A stretch of 49,761 bases of DNA, filler included, from Catajapyx aquilonaris (lineage: Eukaryota), in NCBI GenBank assembly GCA_000934665.2. It is 3 parts of 3 records of this genome, joined end to end, with 100 filler letters (N's around TTAATTAATTAA, not from the genome) between each part and the next. Parts side by side here need not be neighbours in the genome. Positions count along the whole stretch, not along the records: positions 16,654 to 33,194 come from JYFJ02007175.1; positions 33,295 to 49,761 come from JYFJ02007176.1; 1 more part is not named here. One strand, given 5' to 3'. How positions within the stretch are numbered: position 1 is the stretch's first letter; every line of letters begins with the position of its first letter. Of this stretch, positions 23,712-34,995 are shown one piece after another. The notes beneath the pieces are model-generated. The model was not told where the DNA came from. It saw only the letters and a list, made by a program, of their open reading frames with translations, and made no database searches. Position numbers and translations under genes: made by a program.

Positions 23712-25744
23712 CTGAAACAAGCCCACGGAATGTTGACAGAGCCTGCACTTGATGGCAGCATGTCTGTCACACTTTCTCTCATAAAACCGTGTATACACCC
23801 AGTCTTTCATCTCTTGTCACGAAAGAGACCCTCGGCTTTGACTGCAGGGGTCCTCTTTCGATCTGCCGGCTCTTACACAAGTAATAAGGGAACCTTTAGG
23901 GGGTGCAATCCGATATCCGCTCGGGGATCTCAGCTTGTATAGTGAATTCAAGCAAGCACGGACCCACCAGATTACTGTAACGCCACCCACTATCCCAACC
24001 CAAACGCGATACGGCGATAAGAGGCTCGCTAAGGCTTCCAAGTTGTCATGTCATACATTCGACACAAGTTGACCTGACAACTCCGTGTCTTCACGAGTGC
24101 CTTATCGCCTTCAAGTTATTGAGTCTGTGTCTGGGTATGGGGTGGAATTCAGATAAGGCGTTGGTCAGCCTGATTGGACCAGATTTGGTGTGTACAGTCA
24201 CTTCCAGTAGTAAGGTAGCAGATCTGAAGCTCACATTAGTCTCCAAGAGAGGCGCTCCTACCTCTTCCTCACGACTTGTCAGGTAGAGCGCCTCTCTTGA
24301 AGGCTATTTTGATCTTCAGATCTGCTACCTTACTCCTGGAAGTGACAGTACAGGGCATGGTCTCGTATGGAGGAGGGGTTGCCGCTTCGGTGCTGGTGTA
24401 GTAGCCAAGTGTGTGGCTACTACACCAGCGCCGAAGCGGCAACCCCGCTCCCTATTGGTCCAGCAAGTAAGCTCACGGGGGTCTCCATAAGGCTGGGGTA
24501 TGGATTGCAGGGTGTAGGTTATGGGAGCAATGTTTAGGTCAGGTCATGGAACGATCTACTTAACCCACCGCTAAGGTCACACTCCAATTTGAACTGTATT
24601 TCGTGCTATATAAGCACATGCTAGATTACTATCAACATCAACTTTGGCGGCTACTGTGAAGACAAAAAAAGGCCGGGGTCCTATGGGCTGCTACGCATAT
24701 TACCCCCGTCGTTTCCGTCGAACGTTCACCAGTTGTCTGGAGTCACGGAACATTTTCCATCGGGGCACGCACTATATCCGTCATCACCCTGACCATTACT
24801 TCCAACATGAGCAGATCCACCATTCAGAACCGGCTGAGAGGGGGCGGGAAGACTGAGGGAGTCGGATGTAAGACGGGCCGGGATAATTATGCACTGAAGT
24901 ACGGAAGTGACGTAAGAAGTCGTGCACTGTCATTAAATAATGAATACCAGTGCTTTAAAAAAGGTGGGGGAGGAATGGCGGGGGCGCCTGGAGAACATGA
25001 ACTTGCCGCTGGCTCTAGCTCATTAAAGCCCCGTCTTTATTCCACAATGGGATCATATGGCTGTTAAAATATTTATGTTTTAAAGCTCATCTCTCCTGCA
25101 TGCAGTGTGTAACGGCTTAAAGGCATTTTAAAGCTTGTTTGGGGTGTAAGTCTTTCCATGAAATTAGGCTGTTAAAATTACTGTGCTTCCTATACAGCTC
25201 CACATATTGCTGTGGACACTATAATTCAGCTCAGTTAAAAACTAGTTTTATTTCACTGAAACTGAATTTCGAAATAAAATCATTCACACCCATCTCTAGT
25301 CCCAGTGGACGTGTGGACAACTGCCGCTTTAAAATGTTTGCGTCACATTGCAACTACAGTCCAGAGGGCCCAGTGCTTGATGCATAATGAGCCAATCGGA
25401 GCAACAGTTGAGGACTTGAATCAGCGATACAGAGGTAATCACCACCCGCCTAGTACTGTACACTCGCCGACGGGACAATACCGTATATGCATGCACGTAC
25501 TGGGCACGGGGAATATGAGTACTTCCCCGCCCTTTTGATTATACTTTACAAACCTCACATCCTCATATAATATCAAGTAGATACTAGTAGCCTCAGAGTA
25601 GCCTCTCATTACAAATTGCCGATGATCGCTCGATAATTCGCGCACACAAAAAATCGGCTTAAATTGCAATGTTACGTCACTAAAGGTTCCCTTGCATAAG
25701 GTCGTTTGCGATTTACCAGCATATAAATCAGTCAGTTTGCTCAC

Positions 25745-25856
25745 CTGATTTTTGACTGAGGTGATGACATCGTCCATCTGCTTGGTAGCAGATATAAAGT
25801 CCACTGCGCCATTGTGGGTGTCGTCATTTCCATACAGTCCCACGGCTACAGCCCCA
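25745..25856 (-). CDS. tty: Tweety homolog, coding exon 3
   Basis: tttctag|T+GAVAVGLYGNDDTHNGAVDFISATKQMDDVITSVKNQ|gtgag. 112 nt; completes the split Cys codon TG|T; carries the tweety GLYGNDD motif. Confidence 0.93.
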
Positions 25857-25967
25857 CTAGAAATAAACATTACGATTCATTGTAGACCAAAATGCAGACG
25901 TCCTATGAGGAGATGTCATATTCCAATACTATAGATTCAACTCCAGCTGCAATAATAAAAAGGTCGA

Positions 25968-26310
25968 GGGGAAGGCGCGGTGACCTTGCTGATCGGAAGG
26001 TCCCAAGTTCGATCCCCGCCCGGGATTTCCCTTTCGCCTGCGTCAGTGGGCCTCTGCCCGTGCCTAAGAAAGCGTCTTGGCAACCTAGCCTTCTGGGGGA
26101 CTGCACATGACCCATTTCCGACATTGCACTTGCACCTGTGTTCCCTCCCCAAAAATCCCTATCCTTACCCCCATTTCCTTGCTTCCCTGCACAGAGAACG
26201 AAGAAAAAAAAAGTATGAAATACTAGAAAACCGATGGTGGTAGGCCACCCCCCTATAACGACTTACAGTTGTATCACGGGGTAAAATAAACAATAAATAA
26301 AATAAAATAA
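25968..26310 (+). mobile_element. 5'-truncated tRNA-derived SINE, family B, in tweety intron 2
   Basis: B box AGTTCGATCCC, A-rich tail, flanking duplication AAAAAGGTCGA.G at about 25957 and 26309. Confidence 0.75.
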
Positions 26311-27469
26311 AAAGGTCGAAGGAAGATTGAGGAAATAATGAGGCGTGGACGATATACTGTTAAATTGCCAGTGCGTGTTGGTAATTTCCTAGTAAAATTT
26401 GTAAACGTGTGCTGGCTATTATTGTTTTGCCTCGCCGAAACTACTCTGACGAATGATTAAATAATAAGCACACCACCAGCGAGGCTACAGTATTAGAACA
26501 TCACTGTACATGCTACTTGAAGCTTTAAGTGCGTTATCACTTGGGAGGGTTGCTCTGTCGAAGATACACTGCCCGCATAAAAACAACCATGTGACACTTG
26601 ATTAATGTAGTCTCGAGTCTAGACCACGAGATTTTTTTCTTTTCTTCTGCGCATGTACCGACCTCAAACCAACACAATCTGCCTTTCAACTCGAGCCTTC
26701 TCAGCACTAGTTCCTTACACAAAATATCATCCAATTACGGTGCTGAAAAACAAAATTAATCTGCTGTGCTCTCGTCCTAAATACAACAGCCCCGTTATAC
26801 GACCGGGTTCCGTTCCCGAAAATCGGGCTGCATAGCGAAAAGCACGGCGAAAAGTCTACCCCATAAGACATCATTAGAATACCCGAGATGCCTTCGCCAA
26901 TGTTCGCCTACCTTTTGCCACACTATTTCATGGCCGTGAATGGATATTTATTACGCGTCACGAAGCAGACGGATGACGAAAATAAAAGTGTTACAATATT
27001 ATTGTATATTGGTGAACTGAAAGAACTCGGAACACGCCACCGCAAGCACACCGTAAGACTATACCGCTCAGGTGATAATGCTGTTCATGAATATCGACAA
27101 TCGAAGCCATTGTCATAAAATTGGAACCCATTATTGTCCCATATCAGACCAATGCATCGGTGCCTATAGATAGAGAACAACACCACGGGTATACAATCCC
27201 CTCCGGTCCTGATGCCCAGAAGCGATGTTCATTCGGCCGCGATTGGTAGCATATACACGCCTGAATATACACACATGTTGTCGAGCTTGAGAGCTTGCAC
27301 TATATAAACACACATTTTATACAACACTCCAGAAATTACATTGCACAAAGTATAAAAAATGAATCCGCAGACTATATCACCAGTTTTAACCCCATAAATT
27401 TCCCTTGTCCTATTTACATATATGGATGGATTGTGCTGTCCATGCAAAGTACAGTGCTCTGTTACTCAC

Positions 27470-27630
27470 CAGCAGACGATGGCAAAGAGCCCAAGGCTCC
27501 ATTTGAGGGGAGTGATGCTGCGTTTCCTCCTCGGATTCCGGTCACAGCAGCGAGTCAGCAGGTACACAAGAAGGCAAAAGAGGCTAAGGATGAGCCAGGC
27601 AGCAGGTACTGACGCCAAGATCCCCAAGGC
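27470..27630 (-). CDS. tty: Tweety homolog, coding exon 2 (TM1-TM2)
   Basis: cttttgcag|ALGILASVPAAWLILSLFCLLVYLLTRCCDRNPRRKRSITPLKWSLGLFAIVC+TG|gtgag. 161 nt, phase 0 to phase 2. Confidence 0.93.
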
Positions 27631-28059
27631 CTGCAAAAGAGAGGTCACTTTACATATTTTTTGCCCACCAATCACTGGGTAAAAATCATTAGAAATGATC
27701 ATAAGCACCATTCCAGATGCCAGATTTGAAATGCTGCTTGTGATACAGAAAACCTAGATGTAAAGGCAGGTTCCACCACGCCTTATGTACTACATACCAC
27801 CCACTCCGGATCACCAACAGTGACAACTGAGGTCGCTATGAAAGACGCGGAGTTGTCATGTCTTGCTTATGATAATTTCCAGCAGGTACAATTTACTAAA
27901 TGCATAACATGACAACTCCGCGCATCTTGCCGAACTTATCGACCTCTGTCGCGGTGGGTTATCCGGAGTGGGTGGCACAGAGATAAGGAAGTGGGTAGCC
28001 TCTCTCTGTGTCTCTGCCTTTACAAATAGGTCTTACAAAGTGATTCATAAACGACATAC

Positions 28060-28188
28060 CTCCAAGTACACTTCACCACGTGGGTCGAAGGTAGAATTGA
28101 CTTGATGGAAAGTGATGCTGAGATGGGGAAAGCGATGGAAGAAGGAAGCCAATTGTGGCACCTGGTAATGGCCTTCTCCTTCTGCCAT
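28060..28188 (-). CDS. tty: Tweety homolog, coding exon 1
   Basis: Hand translation MAEGEGHYQVPQLASFFHRFPHLSITFHQVNSTFDPRGEVYLE then GAG|gtatgt. Matches the tweety N-terminus pattern (H..PH.NITFH..NSTF.P....YLE). Confidence 0.9.
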
Positions 28189-31100
28189 TCTTGTCAGGAA
28201 GCGTCACGTATCGGCCTGAGACAACATGAGGCTTCCCAAGATAGGAGTCACGCCTTCTTCACCCCCATCGTAGGACGGCTACACACAACTTATTCGATAG
28301 CTGGCGTGCTCTTCTATTACCACTTCTGAAACATAAGATGTGGCTGTTTCAATGGTTTCCCCCCCAGCCCCATCACTCCTGGCTGTTAACACCTACAATC
28401 ACTCTGCCCCCATAGAAACACTGGGTGCATAGTAGGTGTAACACATTGTTCCAGTATATCAACCAGAATATTCTCCTGCTTTTTATCTCATAGCCCGTAC
28501 AGTATGTGCATGACTGCAGGCGTATTCACGCGTCACACAAAATATTAGTCGATGTTAATGCTCAAAGTCCCAAAGTCCACATAATTATACGACGATGCCA
28601 TATTTATCAAAACCAAGATGCCCTAATGGTACAACTGAATGACCCCGATGCGATATTTTTGCAGCATTAAATGTGGGCCCAAAATGGGTACGACAATGCA
28701 TGAATGGACAGGCCAACCCCTATGAGCTTCCCTCCCTGGTGCAGACAGGTGTTCCCGAAGCCCACATTCAGTGCTTCGCGATATCAGGGCTCCAGATACT
28801 AATGCTTACAAGCAGCCCAATAGCTGATAATATTATCTTATGGCGTGTCCCAATTAACGAGACCGCGTATCGGCTATTTTTCACAAACTGTTTATTTTTA
28901 AGCAGCTAATGAAAGGAGAAAACTATTAAAAGTAACTGAATATCACTCCGTGTTGGAATCCAAGGCACGTACAGGCACTGAAAATGATCCCGACTTTTGT
29001 TGGTCATTCCCGATGGCTGTCTTACCGTGTGACGGTCATTCAGGGTGGCGGTCACGGCAAAACCGTTTGGGGTCGCTCTGGGAATCGGCCCTCCCCTTAC
29101 CCCCCCTAAAATGCCACTCTAATTTCGCTGGGAATGAGTCTTTGGATGCACGATGTTGAACTTGGGTCGACGGCGTGAAAGTGCAATTGCGCGGCTTGCT
29201 GGCTCAGAAGGACAAGTCCTTCTAACACTCAGGGCAAACTCTATGGAGGTTATTCATTGAATGGGCCTCAGGCTATGTTGGGGATATGAAATACCAGGCT
29301 CACCTCTGGAGATTTCAAGGCAGTGCGGATTTTCTCTCTCGATCGTTTCAGTCCGCAATCGTGCTTACTGTGTATGAGATGGGGGGAAATCTATAGGATT
29401 CACTATGACCTTTCCATCTTGATGACCTGCACCTGGGTCGTATCCCACTCTTTTTATAGGAGGAAAGGCGGTGGGAAAATAGCTTGCCATGTTCTGGCAG
29501 ACATTATGGTGAAACTGACAAGAAAATACGATTGTAGCATTCAATATTACGAAGGTCAAGTTATTTACAAGCCGTACTTTGATTACTGACGTCATACTTT
29601 TATACAACCTTATTTTTAAGGTCAAAATTATAAAAATGTTTAGGAGAATATCATGTTTCGCAATTGGGGTGCGATATCGATAGTAAATCCCGAACAAGTA
29701 GTTGAGCCTTATAATTGTTGATTAGAAACAATAATAAGGATCAACCTCTTGTTCTGGATTTACTATCGACAAGTGTCACCCCAGGAAAAACTTATAAACA
29801 TAAAACTGGTGCGTTTTTACCCACATCTTAATGTGTGGGGAACACTACACTTCCGCATCACATGCGAGGCAAAGGTTCCAAAAACACCACACTTTTCAAG
29901 ACTTCCTTTCTATGAACGACCTCACACCAGAACCACACTAGCCCATAACCCTGATTTTTCCTACCACAACAGACATAATGGTGCCACTGCCTTCCTAGCA
30001 CTACTTCTATTGGTTCAATTTTGACCACATGGTAGTCCCAGCACATCCATAAAAACATTTACGTTAAAATATACTGCCTACACACCCATGTGCTTATATA
30101 CTATAAAACGACCCTGTTAGTGTGTGCAAATTCGTGCCTAGAATATTCTTTCCCTTATTTCCTCCCGAGAAACGTGAGATATAACACACTTGACACTGTA
30201 GCAAGAATTCCATTATCTTGGTCCACAGTATTGATAAATTTGAATCCCCCAGAACGGTTCATTGTCCTGAAAATGTCCCATTCCGCGACCTCCCCCCGCC
30301 CCCCCTTCCCACCATTCCCCGTGCCACACACACGGCGCATATCAAGCTCATTCAACATGATGGCCTGTTTTCCCATTATGAAGACCGCTAAAGTGTTTGT
30401 CAGATGCACTTCTTATCCATACTATAGTTTTTTTTGTGTGTGTGTGGCCTTTTGCCTGGGTTATAGGGGAGGGGTGAAGGGTGGAGAATGGGTGGTCACA
30501 ATGCCTCAATGCAGTCAAGTACCTAAGTGAGGCTGGCCAACAAGTGTGGGAGGCAATCCCATTAAGGCGTTTTATGGTGCCATCTACAATGCATTCATCC
30601 CACTGAACACTTACTCACTTAATCCTTTGCTCCCTTTTAACCCATGTGCGTTTTTCAGGGCTTTGCAAGGTTCATGGTGTCGCCATGCGCTTAGGAACTG
30701 ACTAGACAATATTGTCTTGATCATCCCTGACATAATAGTTATATCATTACAGTATAATAATTTTGCAGTAGGAATTCGAAGTACTCAGGACAATGCACTT
30801 TCACAGCAAAGGTCGGTAGGAGGTTATTTGGATCCTGGTAGTAAATCTGCTAAATTCACATGCCTCACTTTCACTGTAGGTGACCAACTGGCATAGTCAA
30901 GGACACCTGGCAGTGTTTCAATGAATTTGAGCCTTACATCCAGATTATCCTTTAATATTGCCTGGTTGGGTCATTAGCAAGTGACACAATCCTCTCTTTT
31001 CTAGCCTACTGACAGTGGGTGTAGCACACCGTGCCAACTGTTCTAAGGCATATAAATGACACTACAGGCCTCATATTTCCATTCGTTGATTTTGTATACA

Positions 31101-31999
31101 CCATTCTATTTCTCCCATTGCCAGATGTCAGAAGCTTTCATTTGAATTCATAGTATTGACAGGCAAAAACCCTAACCTCCACTTTCACACTTGCAGATAA
31201 CAAAAATAATAACAATAGTTATGCATCTTATAATGATTATGTGTGCAAAACCTATTTTGAATATAATGACGGATTTCAAGACTATCAACTTCATGAGAAA
31301 AAGATGTCTGAATGTGAACGTATGAATAAGCATTTCCTGGAGGACTACTTATTAGAATCTCTGTAAAAATTCCATTGCAACACAGTATTTCATTAGCCAT
31401 CCTGTGTACCACATTTCTTCAGCTTTGAACCTATGACTCATTCTAATGGCATCCTCGTACATGTCAAAACAAACACACAAACATTAAGCATTAACATTCC
31501 ACATGTTGATAATATCACTGGAACAATTGTACCAGGTATGTGATAAATTCATGCTTCGCGAGTACGGTACCACTTGCAGTGTACCAACAATATTTCATCC
31601 TAAACTACCATAATTTTTTGGCGACGCCTTCAGGACCTCCCTTTTTAATAAAACACCTGCGAATGGCAGATTTCATTTTGAGCATGACATTCCCCAACCA
31701 GCCTGTCTATTTGTATAAAAATAATATGAAACGGCTGATGTCGTAAAGGTTTGGCAGCATTCCCTAAATGATTTCTTGGAAACCGGCATTGTGCAAGATA
31801 AGGCTGCCACATGATCATTGGGAAAGGGCTCTCCTAGCTGATAAGGCCTTGACAGGTGTCACGACAAGGCAATTAGTACAGTCCTACAGCTTGTTATAAA
31901 GTGACAAAATCAGGATATTTCCCTCCATTTTACCTATCAACGAACCACTATACTGCACAATTATTGCCAAGATTTTGAAACGATCCCACACAACCCACG

Positions 32000-32072
32000 T
32001 GCCCCTGCTGGGAATTGAACCCAGGTCCACACTCAACAACGAGCATGTGTTCTGCCACTAAACTACAGAGGC
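32000..32072 (-). pseudogene. tRNA-like element (tRNA pseudogene or SINE head) with non-canonical anticodon arm
   Basis: GCCTCTG/CAGGGGC acceptor stem, GTTT-AGTGGCA-GAAC D arm, CTGGG-TTCAATT-CCCAG T arm; anticodon arm CATGCTC-GTTGTT-GAGTGTG. Confidence 0.65.
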
Positions 32073-32945
32073 TTCAGGGCTGACAATGTCCCCAGAATTT
32101 GAGCCAAACACCACCGATACTGACATCACATGACTGATTAGATGCAGGTGTGAGCCACAAGAATGAGTCACCGGAAATGTCCTTTGGCTGGAGGGTAACC
32201 CCGGAGGCAGTTAAGAGAGTACTCACAATGCAGCAATCCTCAGCACTGATCCCGGGTCGTAGCAGCTTCCCGGTTTGCCTCACACAGACAGCGACACAAC
32301 TGGCCCCATGGTACTACTCGGTCTGCTGTGCTAAAGGCAGCAGCAGCACCTAGTCTAGTCCGGCAGGGCAGCAGCAGTGTCGCAGTCCTCTCACTACTCA
32401 CACATTCGATTTCTGCGTCCAATGACAGGGCGTGGGTCTGGTCACGTGATGGTACAACTAACTGCTCATAGGTGGCGTTAATGGTCACGGCCCCTACAGC
32501 TGGAAAGGTTCTGGGAGAACCCACTATGGCGCTCTATTCCTGGTCACTGGCGAGCAATAAGAAAATTAAAATCATCTTACATGTTTGCATAATAAAGCAG
32601 AAAGTTTGTTTGTAAGTCCAGGCTACCAAACCCACTTTCGGACTACTGAGAATGCTGAAACTTGGAACACTGATGGCTTGCGGTATAATTATGTGCCAGT
32701 GATTGAGGGAGAATAAGTCCTCAAACCAAACTTTTTCGCGCTTTTTTGTGTCCTGATGCCCAAAATTTATGATTTTTTTCTGGTCTGCAGAAATTAATAA
32801 TTATATTAATTAATAATACTTTGAAAAAGTTGCGAATTTTCCCAAAATTGTATCATTTCTGGCTGGCTGCCCCCCAAGGGGAATATTATGCCATGAAGCA
32901 CTAATAATAAAAATCTGGCACCTACCTAGTAGATGCTAAATCTTC

Positions 32946-33010
32946 TCTATAAATAAAGCCGTTTGTGAGTCCGCCTGTCCACCGTCATTTGCCTGCCATC
33001 TGTGCTCCAC
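32946..33010 (+). mobile_element. Helitron 5' fragment of the same family as 3007-4026
   Basis: TCTATAAATAAAGCCGTTTGTGAGTCCG...GTCATTTGCCTGCCATCTGTG matches the 5' module of the contig-1 element. Confidence 0.65.
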
Positions 33011-33194
33011 CCCCAGGCCGGGAGACATGGGCGTAGCCAGGGGGGGCATGCTGCCCCCCTAAATCTCAGGGAAGTGCAGAAAAACGGGGGGGAAACGCGC
33101 AAAAACCCTGTAGAACAGTGCAAACAGTGCCGTGTCTAGATAGAAAATCGTGGGAGGAGAAGTCAACAAATTTCGCCCCAGGGAAAATTTCGCC

Positions 33195-33294
33195 NNNNNN
33201 NNNNNNNNNNNNNNNNNNNNNNNNNNNNNNNNNNNNNNTTAATTAATTAANNNNNNNNNNNNNNNNNNNNNNNNNNNNNNNNNNNNNNNNNNNN
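33195..33294. other. Artificial contig linker
   Basis: N44-TTAATTAATTAA-N44. Confidence 0.95.
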
Positions 33295-33361
33295 CCCCCA
33301 CCTCCCCCCACAACCCCGGCCCGCTCTCCTCCTCTGGAGAAGCAGTTCTGAACGCAGCCAA

Positions 33362-33736
33362 ATGCACTCTTAGGTTGATATCAACCTAAGAGGACATTGC
33401 ACTCTTAGGTTGCTCAACTTTCGTTTTCGTGTCCCCTTAGGTCGTCCAACTTTCGTTTTCGGGTCCCCTTAGCTTGATATCAACCTAAGCTTAGGTTGAT
33501 ATCAACCTAATTCCTTAGGTCGCTCAACTTTCGATTTGGCTTAGGTTGATATCAACCTAAGCCCTTAGGTTGCTCAACTTTCGTTTTGGCGTTAGGTTGA
33601 TATCAACCTAAGCTTAGGTTGATATCAACCTAAGCCAAAACGAAAGTTGAGCGACCTAAGGAATTAGCGTGATATCAACCTAGCTTAGGTTGATATCAAC
33701 CTAAGGGGTCACGAAAACGAAAGTTGAGCGACCTAG
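33362..33736. repeat. Array of 20-bp palindromes TTAGGTTGATATCAACCTAA interleaved with TTAGGTYGCTCAACTTTCG modules
   Basis: About 8 palindrome copies (two with variants); second module present in both orientations. Confidence 0.9.
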
Positions 33737-33764
33737 TGGAATAAATGTCCATTTGGCGTGCCAT

Positions 33765-34243
33765 ACGTCCACTCCTTGAACCATGGCTTGATCGAACAGA
33801 ACTTCCTGACATTTCTGGAGGAAGGAGGGTCGACTGTTGTTGATGTACTCCTCTAGGTCATGCGGGAAGCGTCTGTGGACACTCCTGATGGCTTCGGCTA
33901 TGGTAGCGACTTGGTGGAACAGACTAGCGGTCTCCAGCGACTCAGGTTGGATGTAAACAGGCATGTCTGCAACACAACAAAAGCCTCGACATTATTTTGA
34001 CCCTCTTTTTGAAATAATGGCGAGGCTTTTGTTGTGTTGCAGCCATGCCTGTTTACCTCCAACCCGAGTCGATGGAGACCTTAGTCTGTTCCACCTAGTC
34101 GCTACCATAGCCGAAGCCATCAGGAGTGTCCACAGACGCTTCCCGCATGACCTAGAGGAGTACATCAACAACAGTCGACCCTCCTTCCTCCAGAAATGTC
34201 AGGAAGTTCTGTTCGATCAAGCCATGGTTCAAGGAGTGGACGT
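33765..34243. repeat. Long inverted duplication, ~230-bp arms with a short loop
   Basis: 33765-33911 is the exact reverse complement of 34097-34243; the inner arms pair with scattered mismatches. Confidence 0.93.
33767..33964 (-). CDS. Candidate first coding exon of an unidentified gene (66 codons, BC-box-like N-terminus)
   Basis: ttgtgttgcag|acATG, then MPVYIQPESLETASLFHQVATIAE...MVQGVD, then |gtatgg. P.SL...L..VA resembles BC-box starts of LRR-type cullin adaptors (inference). Confidence 0.45.
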
Positions 34244-34995
34244 GTCAAGTCTCCACATCCGCGTGAAGGGTGAGCAGAAGCGTAATCTTATTATATATAA
34301 TATTGTAGTGGACCCCTTGCCACCAGCAGGGACCATGGCCAGACAAGGCAGTGCCCGAGTTCCAGAACACATCAGTTCTCTCTAACATTTTATTCTAGAC
34401 TGAACACTATTCTTGTTGCTACACAGCAATAACACAATGTGGCCAACAGGACCACTACAATATAATTATAATTGGCTAGGTGTGTTTGTGGGGTGGGAGG
34501 CATGGGTTTGCTTGGGGAGGGGGGTGTGGGCTACCAAAGGAGTCTTACATTTATCGTACTCTCACCAGTGATCATCCCAACTTGAATATCAACATTTGCA
34601 CTGAGCAAGGTGGGGCGATTTGCATGTTGGGTGTACCCATCATAATGACGACATATATGGAGGGGGTCTCGCTTAAGAGGCCCAATCTTCCTTAGTATTA
34701 TACTAGCCAACAGGACTGATATGGCCACATGTAGTTCACATGTAGGGCTACAACATACGTGAAAACCAGCGAAAAATAAAGGGGTATAATTTTAAAAATT
34801 AAATGTCTAAAATTTGCAATTTCAATATTTTTAACGCAACTGTCTACGCCCCTCAGTTGTACGTTATTATAGAAAGTCAGCCAACAAAATTGTTGGATAC
34901 GCTATTCGTGTTGTACAGAAATTCACTCACGGAGAATAGGCCCCGCATTTAGTTCTTGCCCTAGGCCCCGCACCCACCTAGGGCCGGCCCTGCCA

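Noticed and set aside
24902..24913. ETS-CRE composite CGGAAGTGACGT as an internal promoter
   Set aside because: Single short motif in an intron with no supporting exon or start evidence.
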